Shown piece after piece: positions 49,745-62,935 of a stretch of 64,000 bases of DNA; position 1 is the stretch's first letter; every line of letters starts with the position of its first letter. The stretch comes from Octopus vulgaris (taxonomy: Eukaryota): positions 57,040,001-57,104,000 of the forward strand of contig OX597832.1 of NCBI GenBank assembly GCA_951406725.2, written 5' to 3'. The notes under the pieces are model-generated. The model did no database searches. It was given only the letters and a program-made list of their open reading frames with translations, and had not been told where the DNA came from. The translations under genes and the position numbers were made by a program.

Positions 49745-49820
49745 TATTATGTTGTGGGGAATGTATAGACATTTATATGCATATAACAATGGGCATTCTT
49801 ATATATATATATATATATAT

Positions 49821-50084
49821 TGAAGGTGTGTAAAAATTTTTGGAAAAGATTCGTAGAGAAACGGCGAGCATGTTTAAAGACATCGATGCACACATACATA
49901 CATGCATACATACATATATACATACATACATACATACATACATACATACATGCATGCATACATCCATGCATACATGCATATACATACATACATACATACA
50001 TACACGTATGTTCTTATATTCTTCAGTATATATATATATATAATTAAGGGATCGGCAGAAAGTTGCTTTAAATTAATAATTCTA

Positions 50085-50124
<40 letters not shown>

Positions 50125-50426
50125 AAAGTCTACGAAAAAAACAAAAGACGAAGACAGGTGGTGTACAAAACAAACAGGTGTATTAGTATAACGCTCAGGA
50201 ATAGAAAAAGTCTTTTACGTTTCGAGCCTACGCTCTTCTACAGAAAGGGACACAGAAAAAACAAGGAGTGAGAAAAAAGGAGAGAGAAAAAAAATATATA
50301 TAAGAATATAAGAACATACGTGAATGTACGTATGTATGTATGTATGTATGTACGTATGCATCGATGTCTTTAAACATGCTCGCCGTTTCTCTACGAATCT
50401 TTTTCAAAAATTTGTACACACCTTCA
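49821..50426. mobile_element. two inverted copies of a Helitron-like 5' segment flanking a hammerhead-bearing fragment
   Basis: 49821-~50023 and ~50302-50426 are reverse complements (AAGAATATAAGAACATACGTG-(TATG)n-GCATCGATGTCTTTAAACATGCTCGCC...CACACCTTCA). Confidence 0.6.
50212..50247 (-). ncRNA. minimal hammerhead-like motif (CUGUAGA variant)
   Basis: Minus strand CTTT-CTGTAGA-A-GAGC-GTAG-GCTC-GAAAC-GTA-AAAG. Stems I and II are intact; core position 6 is non-canonical. Confidence 0.5.
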
Positions 50427-50636
50427 AAATCATCCTAGAATAATGTATGAAAATTTTAAAAAAATCTGGCGGCCAAGGTCCACCTTGGGAGAAAATTAGG
50501 GAGGATTCAAAAGTGGTGTTGAAAAACTGGTGGTTGTAATGGACTGATTAGTGGTGTAAGAATGTTAGTGTAATTTTCAGAAACGTCAATCTGTCCTTCA
50601 TTTTCTCTTTAACTCCTTTCATGTTTCCAGCACTCA

Positions 50637-50689
<53 letters not shown>

Positions 50690-51158
50690 TACACACATAC
50701 ATACATACATACATACATACATACATACATACATACATACATACATACATACATACATGTAGTGATCGCTTGCCGATTGCAGGGATGTAAAACTAGAGTC
50801 GTGAGGAAGGTATTCAGTTTAAATCATTTACTCTAATACAAGTATTGAGTTCTCCTTTAATTCATTCAACAAAATCGACATTTGAACGCCACCCCCACTC
50901 CCCACAGAAACCGAAACTTGTTAAATATAGCATTATGATACACGATATATATCTAGAGAGTTCCTAGAAGTTCGATAAGCTATAATTGCCGTGAGGAATG
51001 AAGAATTTAACGTTTCCTTTTGCCTGAAAGCATTGAAGAGAGAAAGAAAGAGAGAAAGAAAAAAAAAGAAGGAAGGAAAGAAAGAAAGAGATATGCGAAA
51101 TCACTTTAAATAGAAGTATATAAAAGCAATCTTGAGAACACATCTCTCTTTCTATCTC

Positions 51159-51196
<38 letters not shown>

Positions 51197-51309
51197 TCTC
51201 TCTCTGCGTAAATCACTATTACTCCCAGATCCGTTCAGATCTGGAGTGGTTGTACCTTTCAGGATCCCCTCTAAGTGTTACACAAGGGTAGAAGAGGCTC
51301 TCGTAATTT

Positions 51310-51460
51310 TCTGACAAAGCATCGAGGAAGGCAGCTCTTGTAGGAGAAAGAGAGTCTGACATAAATCTTGCTGCCAGAACAGTACTAGCCATCTTGCAAT
51401 TCTTGTCACTGGAACCTACAATGGTAACCGACGGAGTGGCAAAAGTGCTGTACAAGTTTT
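51310..51460 (+). mobile_element. decayed RTE-type LINE ORF C-terminal fragment
   Basis: SDKASRKAALVG...NLAARTVL...LEPT, then a frameshift to GNRRSGK. Resembles the RTE C-terminal pattern SDKI..RR..LAGH...LAA..VLLWEPTHG.RR.GR. Confidence 0.35.
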
Positions 51461-51546
51461 TGTTACAAGAATCCAATGCCGTACCATTGTCTTACCATCA
51501 TTTCGATTGTGAGACGGTTGTCATCTGACAAAATGAAGCAATCGTC

Positions 51547-51572
51547 ATCTATCTATCTATCTATTTAATCTA

Positions 51573-51621
<49 letters not shown>

Positions 51622-51805
51622 ATCTATTTATCTATCTATCAATCTATCTATCTAGCTATCTAATCTAACTATCTAATCTATCTATCTATCTATCTAATCT
51701 ATCTATATTTATCTATCTATCGATCTATCTATCCATGTATGTGTGTATGTATGTATGTATGTATGTATGTATGTATGTATGTATGTATGTATGTATGTAT
51801 GTATT
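51547..51805. repeat. (ATCT)n followed by (TATG)n microsatellite
   Basis: Direct reading. Confidence 0.95.
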
Positions 51806-52256
51806 TATGTCTCGTAGGTTATCATTCGGATATAGTATTACAGACTAAAACTAAAGATCGCTATGTTTGTTCGGCAATTTCCGTAAAAGCTTTTTATTTC
51901 TTCACTTTATCAGCTCCACACACATACATACACACCAATTGTCTTTCACGTCCAAGAGCGAGTTGAACAGGGAAACACACTTGCACACACACTCACATAG
52001 GACTTTTTGGATCTTTTCCTTTTGAAAAGATCCGTCTTATTTTATGTTTTCACGAATCGCTGCTGTTGATGCATATTCTTGTGCATGTATGTATGTATGT
52101 ATAGGTCTGTGTGAACCGAAAAAAGAAATTAAAGAAATAAAAACTTTTAACGGAAATTGCCGAACACAGACAAAACAATGATCTTTAGTCTCAGCTTTTT
52201 GATACCATCTCCGAAGGACAGCTATACATACGCACATAAACACACACACACACATA

Positions 52257-52306
<50 letters not shown>

Positions 52307-54508
52307 TACATATATGCATACATACAAATGTATGTATATATTAAAAAAGAAAAATAGCGGGAAGCGCACACAAATACTGACACACATACGAAATGAAACT
52401 AGAAATTTTGTAGATATATGTGATAAATATCAGTATTTTCTGTTTTCTTTTTCCACAACAAGTTTCGATAAAATCAAAATCTACATCATCTGAAAAACAT
52501 GTATAGAAAATTTCTTTAAAAAATACCAATTTTTCTAAAAGCTAGAGAGATATAATGTCGAGGGTGGAGGAGCGGGACACACTTGTGCCGACATGCTGAT
52601 CCCGGTAAAATATCTTCTAGTATTTATATTTATATCTCGAAGATATGAACTGCTAAGTTGATTCCACCGATATTTGACCTATGAAAGACGTTGGGTGGAA
52701 CTAAATTTTGAACGGAAATTATCCATCCTTTTCATTTTTTTTTTTTTAAAGAGTAAGATGTAATTTAAGAAAGATGTTGCTGTTATTTCTAGCACGTTAA
52801 TAGCGCATAGAGAGGCACCTCGTTCTTTTGTTTTTGAGCGATGCATATACAGAACAAGTGACCAAATAAGATTTCGAAGGTTAAATCAAGAAAAAAGGAG
52901 ACAGTTATTATAAAAGACAGTCTCATGAATATCCAGGGTTCTTGTAGATGCTTCCAAAGAATTTACCCACATTTAATCGTGGAAGCGGGGTGGGGGAAAT
53001 ATGGTATATATTCTGCTAATGCCTGACGGAATCAGCAAGAAGTGTGTCAAAGGGCACAGAGTTCACAGAGAACAAGTGGAAGATTCTTAATCGACTTTGC
53101 GTTGGATTTGACCTAATCAGAGAGACATTAAAATGAAATGAAATAGGGAGGGACATAACATGGAACAACACCCCTTTCTGTGACTTTGGAACAGTCCAAG
53201 CCATGAGTCAGTCACCTGCTGGGTTTTTTTCCCCCATTATTTGAATTCCCCTTTTGTGGTTTGGATGATTCCAGAAATAACTCAAAGAATGAGCAATAGT
53301 GTGTGAAAAAAAAAAGCAGAAATTATTTGATGTAGAGAGAAATAAAAGAAACAGAAGAATAAAAGTTGTTCTCGGTATTATTGTTTTTGTTTAGCCCCCG
53401 GTCAGACTTGACTAAGCAGACCAATGATCAAAGACTTCCAATGTGATCATCAGTTTTTTTTTTTACTCTTTGCTTTATTTTCATTCCAAGCATAGTGTAT
53501 CTTTTTTCAAGCATACGATGTATATATCATCTAATACGACCTTCCATTTTCTTTAAAAGACAATGTCGTGCGATCTGAATGAAATTTGACAGCTATTTCT
53601 AGCAGGTCGAGCAATCGCATATTGGCTTGGCTTCCCTGATTGACTCCAAACAAGCGAGAAAATAATAACTGGATTTAGTAACATTAGGAAGCCATACGTC
53701 AGTGGAAATAAAGGCAAGGGTTTATTTTTCTCTCTCACTAAATCGGCTAATTCCTTTTTCTATACACCGAAATATGAATTGTGAATTCAAAGAGGCTTAA
53801 ATAAATAACACAACAGCTGGACGGTTGCTAATGTCACTAACGATGCGTAGAGCACGGAAGGACATTAGACGTGTGTGTGGACGGACCTAAAATAACAGTA
53901 AGGACAAGTCCATGGAGAACAATGCCATCAATTTTCTCAGTAGTATTCACAACATTCTAACAATTAATTAAAAAGCAACGAGCTGACAGAATAGTTACCG
54001 CGTCAGTGGGGGGAAAAAATACTCAGTCTTTTCCTCCGACTCTTTATGTGCTAAGCTCAAATCTCGCCGGGGTCGACTTTGCTTTTCATTCTTTCGGGGT
54101 TGATAAAAGAAGTACCAAATGAACATTGAGGTTTGATATAAATCGACTAACACCCTACCTCAAACTTCGGGTTCAAAATTGAAACTGGTACCTCCCATTC
54201 CCTTTCACTGTACATAACTGTTTAAAATAAAGAAATAATAAAAAAAAAAAAGAAAACATACGCACTAAAAGTTCTCGTGATAAAGGCAAAAGTAAGCCAA
54301 GGTTTCGTTTCAAGGCAAAGTAAGCCAAGTTTTCGTTCAAGTTACATAAAATTTTATTTTTGTAATTTTTATAATTTCATTCGAACTCGCATAGCATTTT
54401 TGTAATTGTTTTGTCCTGTAATGTCCCAATTCTATGTTAGATCACTTGATCATAATAAAGATAAACCCTACCTCAAACTTTCAAGCCTTATGCCTATATT
54501 AGAAAGGA

Positions 54509-54874
54509 GGCGAAGGTAAAGAATACGCACATCCGGGGTTTAGGGGTTAGAGTTTTATTTCGTTTTTGGATTTGGTTTGCAAGATTCTTTATATGAGTTC
54601 GTGTGTTGAAGCATATTCTGTTGTGTCTAGGGAGAGTAATTTTCTTTTTGTGCCTTATAATTTAACACACTCACCGGTAAAATTTCCTATTGAAAAGGTT
54701 GCAAAATGCAACGAAAATTTTAGGAAAATAAAAATAAGGGCAATGTTTCGTTTGTAAGAAATAAGTGGAAATTTTACTTATAAGGCACAAAAAGAAAATG
54801 ACTCTCCTCAGACACAACAGTTAGAGTTTTAGTTACGCCGAAAACGGGTGGTGTGCGTATTCTTTACCTTCGCC
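54509..54874. mobile_element. MITE with 23-bp GG...CC TIRs, probable 8-9-bp TSD (Merlin-like ends) and nested hairpin
   Basis: GGCGAAGGTAAAGAATACGCACA / TGTGCGTATTCTTTACCTTCGCC with flanks AGAAAGGA / GGAAAGGA. Contains TTAGGG-like repeats and an inner ~42-bp inverted repeat (54618-54659 / 54779-54820). Confidence 0.7.
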
Positions 54875-55691
54875 CGGAAAGGATAATCGTTGTTATTAAG
54901 GAAGGCGACAAGCAGGAAGAATCGCTGATGCGGCGGACAAAATGCGTAGCGGCATTTCGTCCGTCTTTACGTTCCGAGTTCAAATTCCACCGAGGTCGAT
55001 TTTGCCTTTCATCCATCCTTTCGGAGTTGATAAAACCCTCTATCCATATTTTTCCCATCCACATCTTTACCAATATGGGGCCCTAACAAAATCCGATAAT
55101 AGGTATAGATGAAAATCTATCCGATTACTTGTCTCCTAAAATCAGGCATAACTTGGCGATCGGTCGACTTACAACACCGTTCTTAGTCTTGAGTTTACTT
55201 GGTAGAGTGTGTTTTACCAATAGGTTGGTTGTTTTTAACACATTCACGAATGGGCTTTTCGACTAGGCATATCCTGAGAGCTGTACGGATCTGATTCTTT
55301 GTTATCCGCATGGCTGCCTCGTGTACAAGATCAAGGTGAGGTCTGATTGGTTGTATGCAAATAAGTGGGGTCCGGAACTCAGATGGAAAAAATTTCGCTC
55401 TATGGACGTACGATGAGTACTTCTGATACAGGGACTCTATCTACTCGCGTTTAGTGTTACTGCAATGCACTAGGCTCCCAGGAAGGCTTTTCTCCCAACA
55501 ACTGAGATCATTTGATCTGACGAGAGAAACCTTATGCGATAACTTGACGTGCTAGAAATAACAGTCAAATATCCCAACCACCTATCAGACCCTATTGCTA
55601 TCTTAAAACAACCAAATGGCCAATAAGTTTAAACAAAAAAAAATTAGAACAGTGGTTGGTCACATCTAGAACGTCTTTGACGACAGATTTG

Positions 55692-56076
55692 GGATCTTTT
55701 CGGTTTGACCGGCAGTTTTTTAAAATAATTTCCACGTAACTTTTAAACTTCGTATACTGGTAGAATGTGTTTATAAAACATCTTTTTCTTTTGGCTTTAT
55801 TGAGAAAATTCTAGTTTGTAAGATATTTGTTGTTGTTTTTCTTCAATTTCTGCAATTTCAACCAATCAATGACGTCTATTGAGGTGAAAACATTCTGTGT
55901 CGTTTAAGAAACAGATTGGGTTTATTTACATTTGTGAAGAAAAAAAGATACCCTTCCCCCTAACCCTAACCCAAAAACATTGAAATGCAATAGATCGATG
56001 CTAGGGTCATAATCATGGGTGACAATTTCATATGACATCGCTAGAAAAAAAACTGCCGTTCAAACCGAAAAGATCC
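55692..56076. mobile_element. GGATC MITE copy without flanking duplication
   Basis: Same TIRs and body, with small deletions. The right flank enters a headless family A SINE. Confidence 0.9.
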
Positions 56077-58245
56077 GTGTTGGGTATGCCCCACTTCACC
56101 CCGCGTGACAATCGGTGTTGGTTAGTTTACGTCCCCGTAAATCGGGCGGTTCGTTCGGCAAAGAAGGCCGATAGAATAAGTTACCAAATCAAAAACAAAC
56201 ACAAAAACGAACGCACAAAGAAAAACAACAAAAACTGCGGTGGTCGATTTGTTCGACCAAACCAGTCAAGGCGCTGCGCAAGCATGGCTGCAGTCCAAGG
56301 GAAAGGTAATAGAAGATAAAAGGATATAATTATAATAAATTATAATTTATAATTAGGTTATGAATCATAATCTACAACTGCAATATTATTACTTATCACG
56401 CACGCACACACACACACACACACACAGACACACACACACAAGGAAAGGAAAGGAATATTTATACAAACGTGCAGCAAGTTTCTCAAGTTTTATATTAATG
56501 TTAACAACAAACAATCTTAACGACAGTCCATGGCAGTTGCCGACGACCACAGCCAGCGAGAGACTTACTTTTCATCTGTGGAGATGTCGATCTATAATAA
56601 ATATCAGTGATCGATTTAGCCTCTTTTACTTACTTTTCATCAAAGGGTGGAGTGCTGGGGAACAGGGTGGGGGAGGGACTGCGCATAATCAAAAACAATT
56701 ACACACACACACATGCATACATACACGTATGCATACACACACATGCATATACGCACACACATACATGCATACATACACATGCATATACACACATACACTC
56801 ACACATGCATACACACACGCACACACACACACACACACACAGATGCATATGCACATACACGCATACGCACACGGCTATCGAAAATCGCGAAGAAATATCA
56901 CAGCCACCCTTATTAGAATGTCGAACAAAATACCTCGTGGTGTTTTTAGTTGATGTCTTTTACGTTTTGAGTTCAAATCTCGATATAATCGAAATCTGCC
57001 ACCGTCTATTTATAGTATATTTGCAGAAAATTTCATTAAAAAATATCCTGGAAGCTATGAGGCAACGAAGTGTAGGTATGCCATAAAGACAAGTATTGTA
57101 GACAATAAGTTGCCTTGAAATTGTTCTTAAGGATATTTATAGAAATTTCATTAAAAAATTGTTTTTCTGAAAGTTATGAAGAAACAAAGCCATCTCGTGT
57201 GAATTTTCCGAATTTCTTTTCAAATTAAATCTCGATTTAATCGAAGTCTGCAACCGTCTGAAGCATATTTGCAGAAAATTTCATTAAAAAATATCTTGGA
57301 AGCTATGAGGCAACGAAGTGTAGGTATGCCATAAAGACAAGTATTGTGAACAATAAGTTGCCTTAAAAAGTTTTGTTTATAAAATTTAACCTGGAGTCCG
57401 TCGTTGGGCGTACGCTGGACATTTCTGATGTAATGGAATTACATCCATACGCGATTAATGTTGCTGCGAGACTAGGCCCCCGCGAGGGTTTTGTCTAAAC
57501 AATAATTGAGTTTATTTAGCTAACGAGAGAACCTTGTCTTGCTTGGGGCCCTCAACATCTTGGTAGAGTTGTTGGGGGTTGGGGGCAACAGTCTGGACGT
57601 AGAGCGTGTCTTAGTCATTTTTAGACTTGGCAGAGACAATCCCTCTGACCATGGCTGAATTCTTCCAGAAGAAAAAAAGAGCGAGAGAATGACAAGAGTA
57701 CCAGCTCCAAAACTGGTGTTTTATTTATCGACTCCGAATAAAATAAAAAGTAAATTTAACGTCGGTGAGGTTTGAACTCACAACGTAGAGAGAAGGTACC
57801 ATTAACTTCAGATAAATCTATCCCTCACTTCTAACAATTACGCCATCGGTCGTCTTAGTTCTTATATTAGCTTCAAACTTTAACACTAGTCCAGCGGTTC
57901 CCAACCTGGGTTCCGCAAAGGTGGTAGTGATTTCTTATGGGCTTTATAAAGAGGAGTCACACAAGGACAGACAAACCAAGACATTGGGGTACATATAAAA
58001 CACATCTCGAATGGACTATGACTATGATAAAAAATGAGAACGAAATGGCTTACTCGCCCCCTAAAACAAGCAGTTTTATTTTACAGTTCTTTTAAATTAC
58101 AGTTCACTTTACAGTCATGTATCTTTTTTTTTAAACACACAATTGGAACAAATATTGCATAAGATCGTCGAAAATTACAACAGGCGGCAACTCGTCGTAT
58201 CTAAACTCTAAAAAGGAGTACTGGGGGTCCGTGAACTAAATCAAA

Positions 58246-58287
<42 letters not shown>

Positions 58288-58346
58288 AGGATGAAAATAT
58301 TAAAAGGAGTCCGTGGGAAAACTCATTTAAATAAAAGGGGTGAGAA

Positions 58347-58878
58347 CTACTGCGCTAGGCCAATAATTTCGGCGGAGCGAGGAAGGTTATTTACACCAAC
58401 TCCAGTGTTCAACTGGTAATTAGTTAATCGAACTGAAAAGATGAAAGGCAAAGTTGACTCTCGGCGGAATTTGAACTCAGGACGTAAAGGCGGACGAAAT
58501 GCCGCTATAAATTTCGCAGACGTTCTAATGATACTTATTTGTTTAGCCCACAAGTGGTTAAACATAGAGGGGACAAACAAGGACAAAGGGATAAAGTCGA
58601 TTACATCGACCCCAGTGCGTAACTAGTTCTTAATTTATCGACCCCGAAAAGATGAAAGGCAAAGTCGACCTCGGCGGAATTTGAACTCAGAACATAAAGG
58701 CCAAAAGGATTAAGTTGATTACATCAACCCCAGTGCGTAACTAGTGCTTAATTTATCGACCCCGAAAGGATGAAAGGCAAAGTCGACCTGGGTGGAATTT
58801 GAACTCAGAACGTAAAGGCGGACGAAATGCCGCTATGCATTTCGCCGACGTGCTAACGATTCTGTCAGCTCGCCGCCT
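58347..58878 (-). mobile_element. SINE family B cluster with tandem internal modules
   Basis: Repeated TTTATCGACCCCGAAA(A/G)GATGAAAGGCAAAGTCGACC...TTTGAACTCAG. Confidence 0.8.
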
Positions 58879-59771
58879 TCGCTTCGTCTTAGACACCATA
58901 TTAGCAAACATGGCAATATATAATACAATGGATTTCTTAAGCCTCTCTCGGTCATCGTTAACTATATTCCTGTTCAGGTCGCAGGGTTAGTGCGAGGCTG
59001 TTCTTGAAGAAAACGGAAATCTATACTATAATGAAGAAAGCTGTCTTATCATAATGGCGTTTAATAACCTACTTTCGAAAATTTGCTTATTCGTTTTCGT
59101 TCGTCCCTTTTAATTATATGACAGTAGGAATGGGATTAGATAAAGATGGAGCTGCTGCTTCTGTTAACTCGAACGTCTACACACACTTGTTTACTTTTTG
59201 CGATTCACAATGGTAGAGCAATTAAATTAACTTACGCCTGGCCACACACACACACACACACACAAAGAGAGAGAGAGGGGGGGGGACTGAGTTAGTTTAC
59301 CTTTTACTTGTTTCGGGCATTAGACTGTAGCCATGCTGGAGCACCGCCTTGAAGGATTTTAGTCGAACAAATCGACTCCGGTTCTTTTTTTTTTTTTTTA
59401 ACTGGTACTTATTCTATCGATCGGTTTTGCCGAACCGCTTTTTGCGATTCACAATGGTAGAGCAATTAAATTAACTTACGCCTGGCCACACACACACAAA
59501 CACACAAAGAGAGAGAGAGTGTGTGTGTGTGGGGGGAACTGAGTTAGTTTACCTTTTACTTGTTTCGGGCATTAGACTGTGGCCATGCTGGAGCACCGCC
59601 TTGAAGGATTTTAGTCGAACGAATCGACTCCGGTTCTTTTTATTTTCTTTTTTTTAATCTGGTACTTATTCTATCGATCGCTTTTGCCGAACCGCTACAT
59701 TACGGGAATGTGAACACCAGTTGCCAAGCTGTAGCGGGGACAAAAACACAGACACGAACACACACGCAAAT

Positions 59772-59819
<48 letters not shown>

Positions 59820-60161
59820 ACGGGCTTCTTTCAGTTTCCGCCTACCAAATCCTCCCACAAGGCCTTGATCGACTCGGGGCTAGAGCAGAAGACACTTACT
59901 CAAGATGCCACGTAGTGGGACTGAACCCGGAACCATGCGGTTGCGGAACAAACCTTTTACCACACACCCACACCAATTTCTTTACGTTTGTATGAATAAA
60001 AATAAGGTCTTATTGCCAGGAATTGTGAGTTGATCAATTATTTCTTTTATTAAAGCCGGCTGAAACATAAGAGCGTCGAACAAAATGTCTTTATAGTATT
60101 TGTTTCTGCTGCTTAAGTTCTTAAGTTCAAATTTCGTCGAAGTCAATTTAATCTTTCAGTT

Positions 60162-60576
60162 GGATCTTTTCGGTTTGACCGGCAGTTTTTTAATATAATT
60201 TCCACGTAACTAAACACATTTGAACTTCGTATACTGGTAGAATGTGTTTATAAAACATCTTTTTCTCTTGGTTTTATTGAGAAAATTCTATTGTTTGTAA
60301 GATATTTGTTGTTTTTTTCTTCAATTTCTACAATTTCAACAAATCAATGACGTCTATTGAGGTGAAAACATTCTGTGCCGTATGAAAATGTCCTTTGTTT
60401 AAGAAACAGATTGGGTTTATTTACATTTCTTAAGAAAAAAAGGTACCCTTCCCTCCACCCCTAACCCTAACCCTAAAATAGATTGAAATGCAATAGATCG
60501 ATACTAGGTCATAATTATGGGTGACAATTTCATATGACACCGCTAGAAAAAACTGCTGTTCAAACCGAAAAGATCC
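60162..60576. mobile_element. GGATC MITE copy without flanking duplication
   Basis: Same TIRs. It truncates a family B SINE on its left and shares diagnostic variants with the 47075 copy. Confidence 0.9.
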
Positions 60577-61063
60577 CATTTCTAAATTACCCACCCCACC
60601 CCCATTTGCTTCATTTACTTTTTTCAGAATTTTTTCCCCTCAAATTATGCGGAAAAATACGGAGATTATGATTCTGAAAAAAAATCTCCAAAAATCTTTG
60701 TAAAATTTTTTTAAAGAACTTTTTTCTTTTCTAAATATGCGGAAAAATATGGACATTAGGATTCAGACAAAAATTTCAAAACATTTCTGTACTTACAGTT
60801 ACGGTTTTAGGGTTTTAGGGTTAGTGTTGCGGAAAAAAGTGAAAATTGAAGGTGGGAGGAATTTTCACAATGCCGATTTTTGGCAATTTTCTGGAACCTC
60901 CGTATCCGAAAATGGGGATTTGGGGCAAAAAAAAATGTTTTAAGTATACAAATTTGGGAGAAAATGGGGGGACGGGCGGAAGTCTTTCCAAAAATAAAAA
61001 CAATAAATGTTTTCTTCTCGATCCATCCCAGGCTCATGAGGGCCGGTTTCCCAGTTTCAATCG

Positions 61064-61094
<31 letters not shown>

Positions 61095-61515
61095 TATATA
61101 TATATAATCTCCACCTGGATGAGACGCTGATCTGTCGAAGGGTTACTCATTTTTGCCAGCTGGGTGGACTGGAGAAACGTGAAATGAAGTGTTTTGCTCA
61201 AGAACACAATGCGTCGGCTGGTCCAGGTATCGAAACCACAATCTTTAGTAGGCCCGAGAGGCTAAAGTGCAAAAAAAAAAAAAAAAAAAAAAAGGAGAAA
61301 AAAGTAGCCCCAGGCGCCGTGCTATGAGACCGAACCAAAACTCTCATGGTCGGGAAGTAAGTTTGTTTACCACGAAACCACACCTGCACCTTCTCTAATT
61401 CTTAAATAAGATCTTTCTTTTGTTATGAAAAACACACCACACGGTGAATCCAAACACAATTCCGTTTCTTTAGTCACATTACTACTATTGTCAAGAATAT
61501 TAAACAAACAGTAAG

Positions 61516-61551
<36 letters not shown>

Positions 61552-61967
61552 ATACTTCTTTCAGAGTTGCAAAAGCCCTGCATTATATTATTGTGTGTTT
61601 TAATTCGATAATGCTCTTTTATTATTGAAATTCTTTCATTCTTTATTATAATCCGATAACTCAAACTCTTTAAATTTTTTAAATAATGCCTTCGAATTTC
61701 ACGTTGGTAATGGATTACCTGTAATGTCGAAGAATTTCAACCGAAACCGAATGTCTTTTTCAGAACCATGTAATTGCTGGAGTGATGATGGTAAAATGGA
61801 AATTTTACACTAAATAATAAATAAGGATGAATAAATTTCGGAGAAACGTTAGCCCACCGGGTAAAATGCTAATGGCATTTCAACTGCTTTTACGATCTGA
61901 GCTCAAATTCCACCGAAGTCGACTTTGCATTTCACCCTTTCAAAGTCGATAAAATAAATTACCAGTT

Positions 61968-62935
61968 AAAGCGGCGAGCTGGCAGAAACGTTAGCACGCC
62001 GAGCGAAATGCGTAGCCGTATTTCGTCTGCCGTTACGTTCTGAGTTCAAATTCCGCCGAGGTCGACTTTGCCTTTCATCCTTTCGGGGTCGATTAAGTAA
62101 GTACCAGTTACGCACTGCGGTCGATCTAATCGACTTACGTTCTGAGTTCAAATCTCACCAAGATCAACTTTTCTGTTTCATTCTTTTGTGGAGTCGACTG
62201 GAATCGATTGACGTAATCGACTTTTATCCCTCTCCTCAAAAGGAATAAAAAAAAAAAAGCTGTTGTCCCTTGCAACCAACCATGGAGAATGTTACGATCT
62301 CGGTCATTTATATATCATAGAAAGTAGGTAAGCGGCGAGCTGGCAGAAACGTTATAGTATGCCGAGCAAAATGCCTAGCGGTATTTCGTCTGCTGTTACG
62401 CTCTGAGTTCAAATTCCGCCGAGGTCGACTTTGCCTTTCATCCTTTTGGGGTCGATTAAATAAGTACCAGTTAAGCACTGGAGTCGATGTAATCGACTTA
62501 ATCCGTTTGTCTGTCCTTGTTTGTTCCCTCTGTGTTTAGCCCCTTGTGGGTAGTAAAGAAATAGGTATTTGGTCTGCCGTTACGTTCTGAGTTCAAATTC
62601 TGCCGAGGTCGACTTTGCCTTTCATACTTTCGGGGTCGATTAAATAAGTACCAGTTACGCACTGGGGTCGATATAATTGACTTAATCCGTTTGTCTGTCC
62701 TTGTTTGTCCCCTCTGTGTTTAGCCCCTTGTGGGTAGTAAAGAAATAGGTATTTGGTCTGCCGTTACGTTCTGAGTTCAAAATTCCGCCGAGGTCGACTT
62801 TGCTTTCATCCTTTCGGGGTCGATTAAATAAGTACCAGTTACGCACTGGGGTCGATATAATCCACTTAATCCGTTTGTCTGTCCTTGTTTGTCCCCTCTA
62901 TGTTTAGCCCCTTGTGGGCAATAAAGAAATAAGAA
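61968..62935 (+). mobile_element. young family B SINEs; second has three ~180-bp tandem modules
   Basis: GCGGCGAGCTGGCAGAAACGTTA heads at ~61971 and ~62332, with repeated GAGTTCAAATT...GTTTAGCCCCTTGTGGG modules. Confidence 0.85.

Noticed and set aside
51219-51476. 85-aa minus-strand ORF as a host exon
   Set aside because: It is better explained as the antisense of a decayed RTE-like fragment plus an adjoining repeat remnant.
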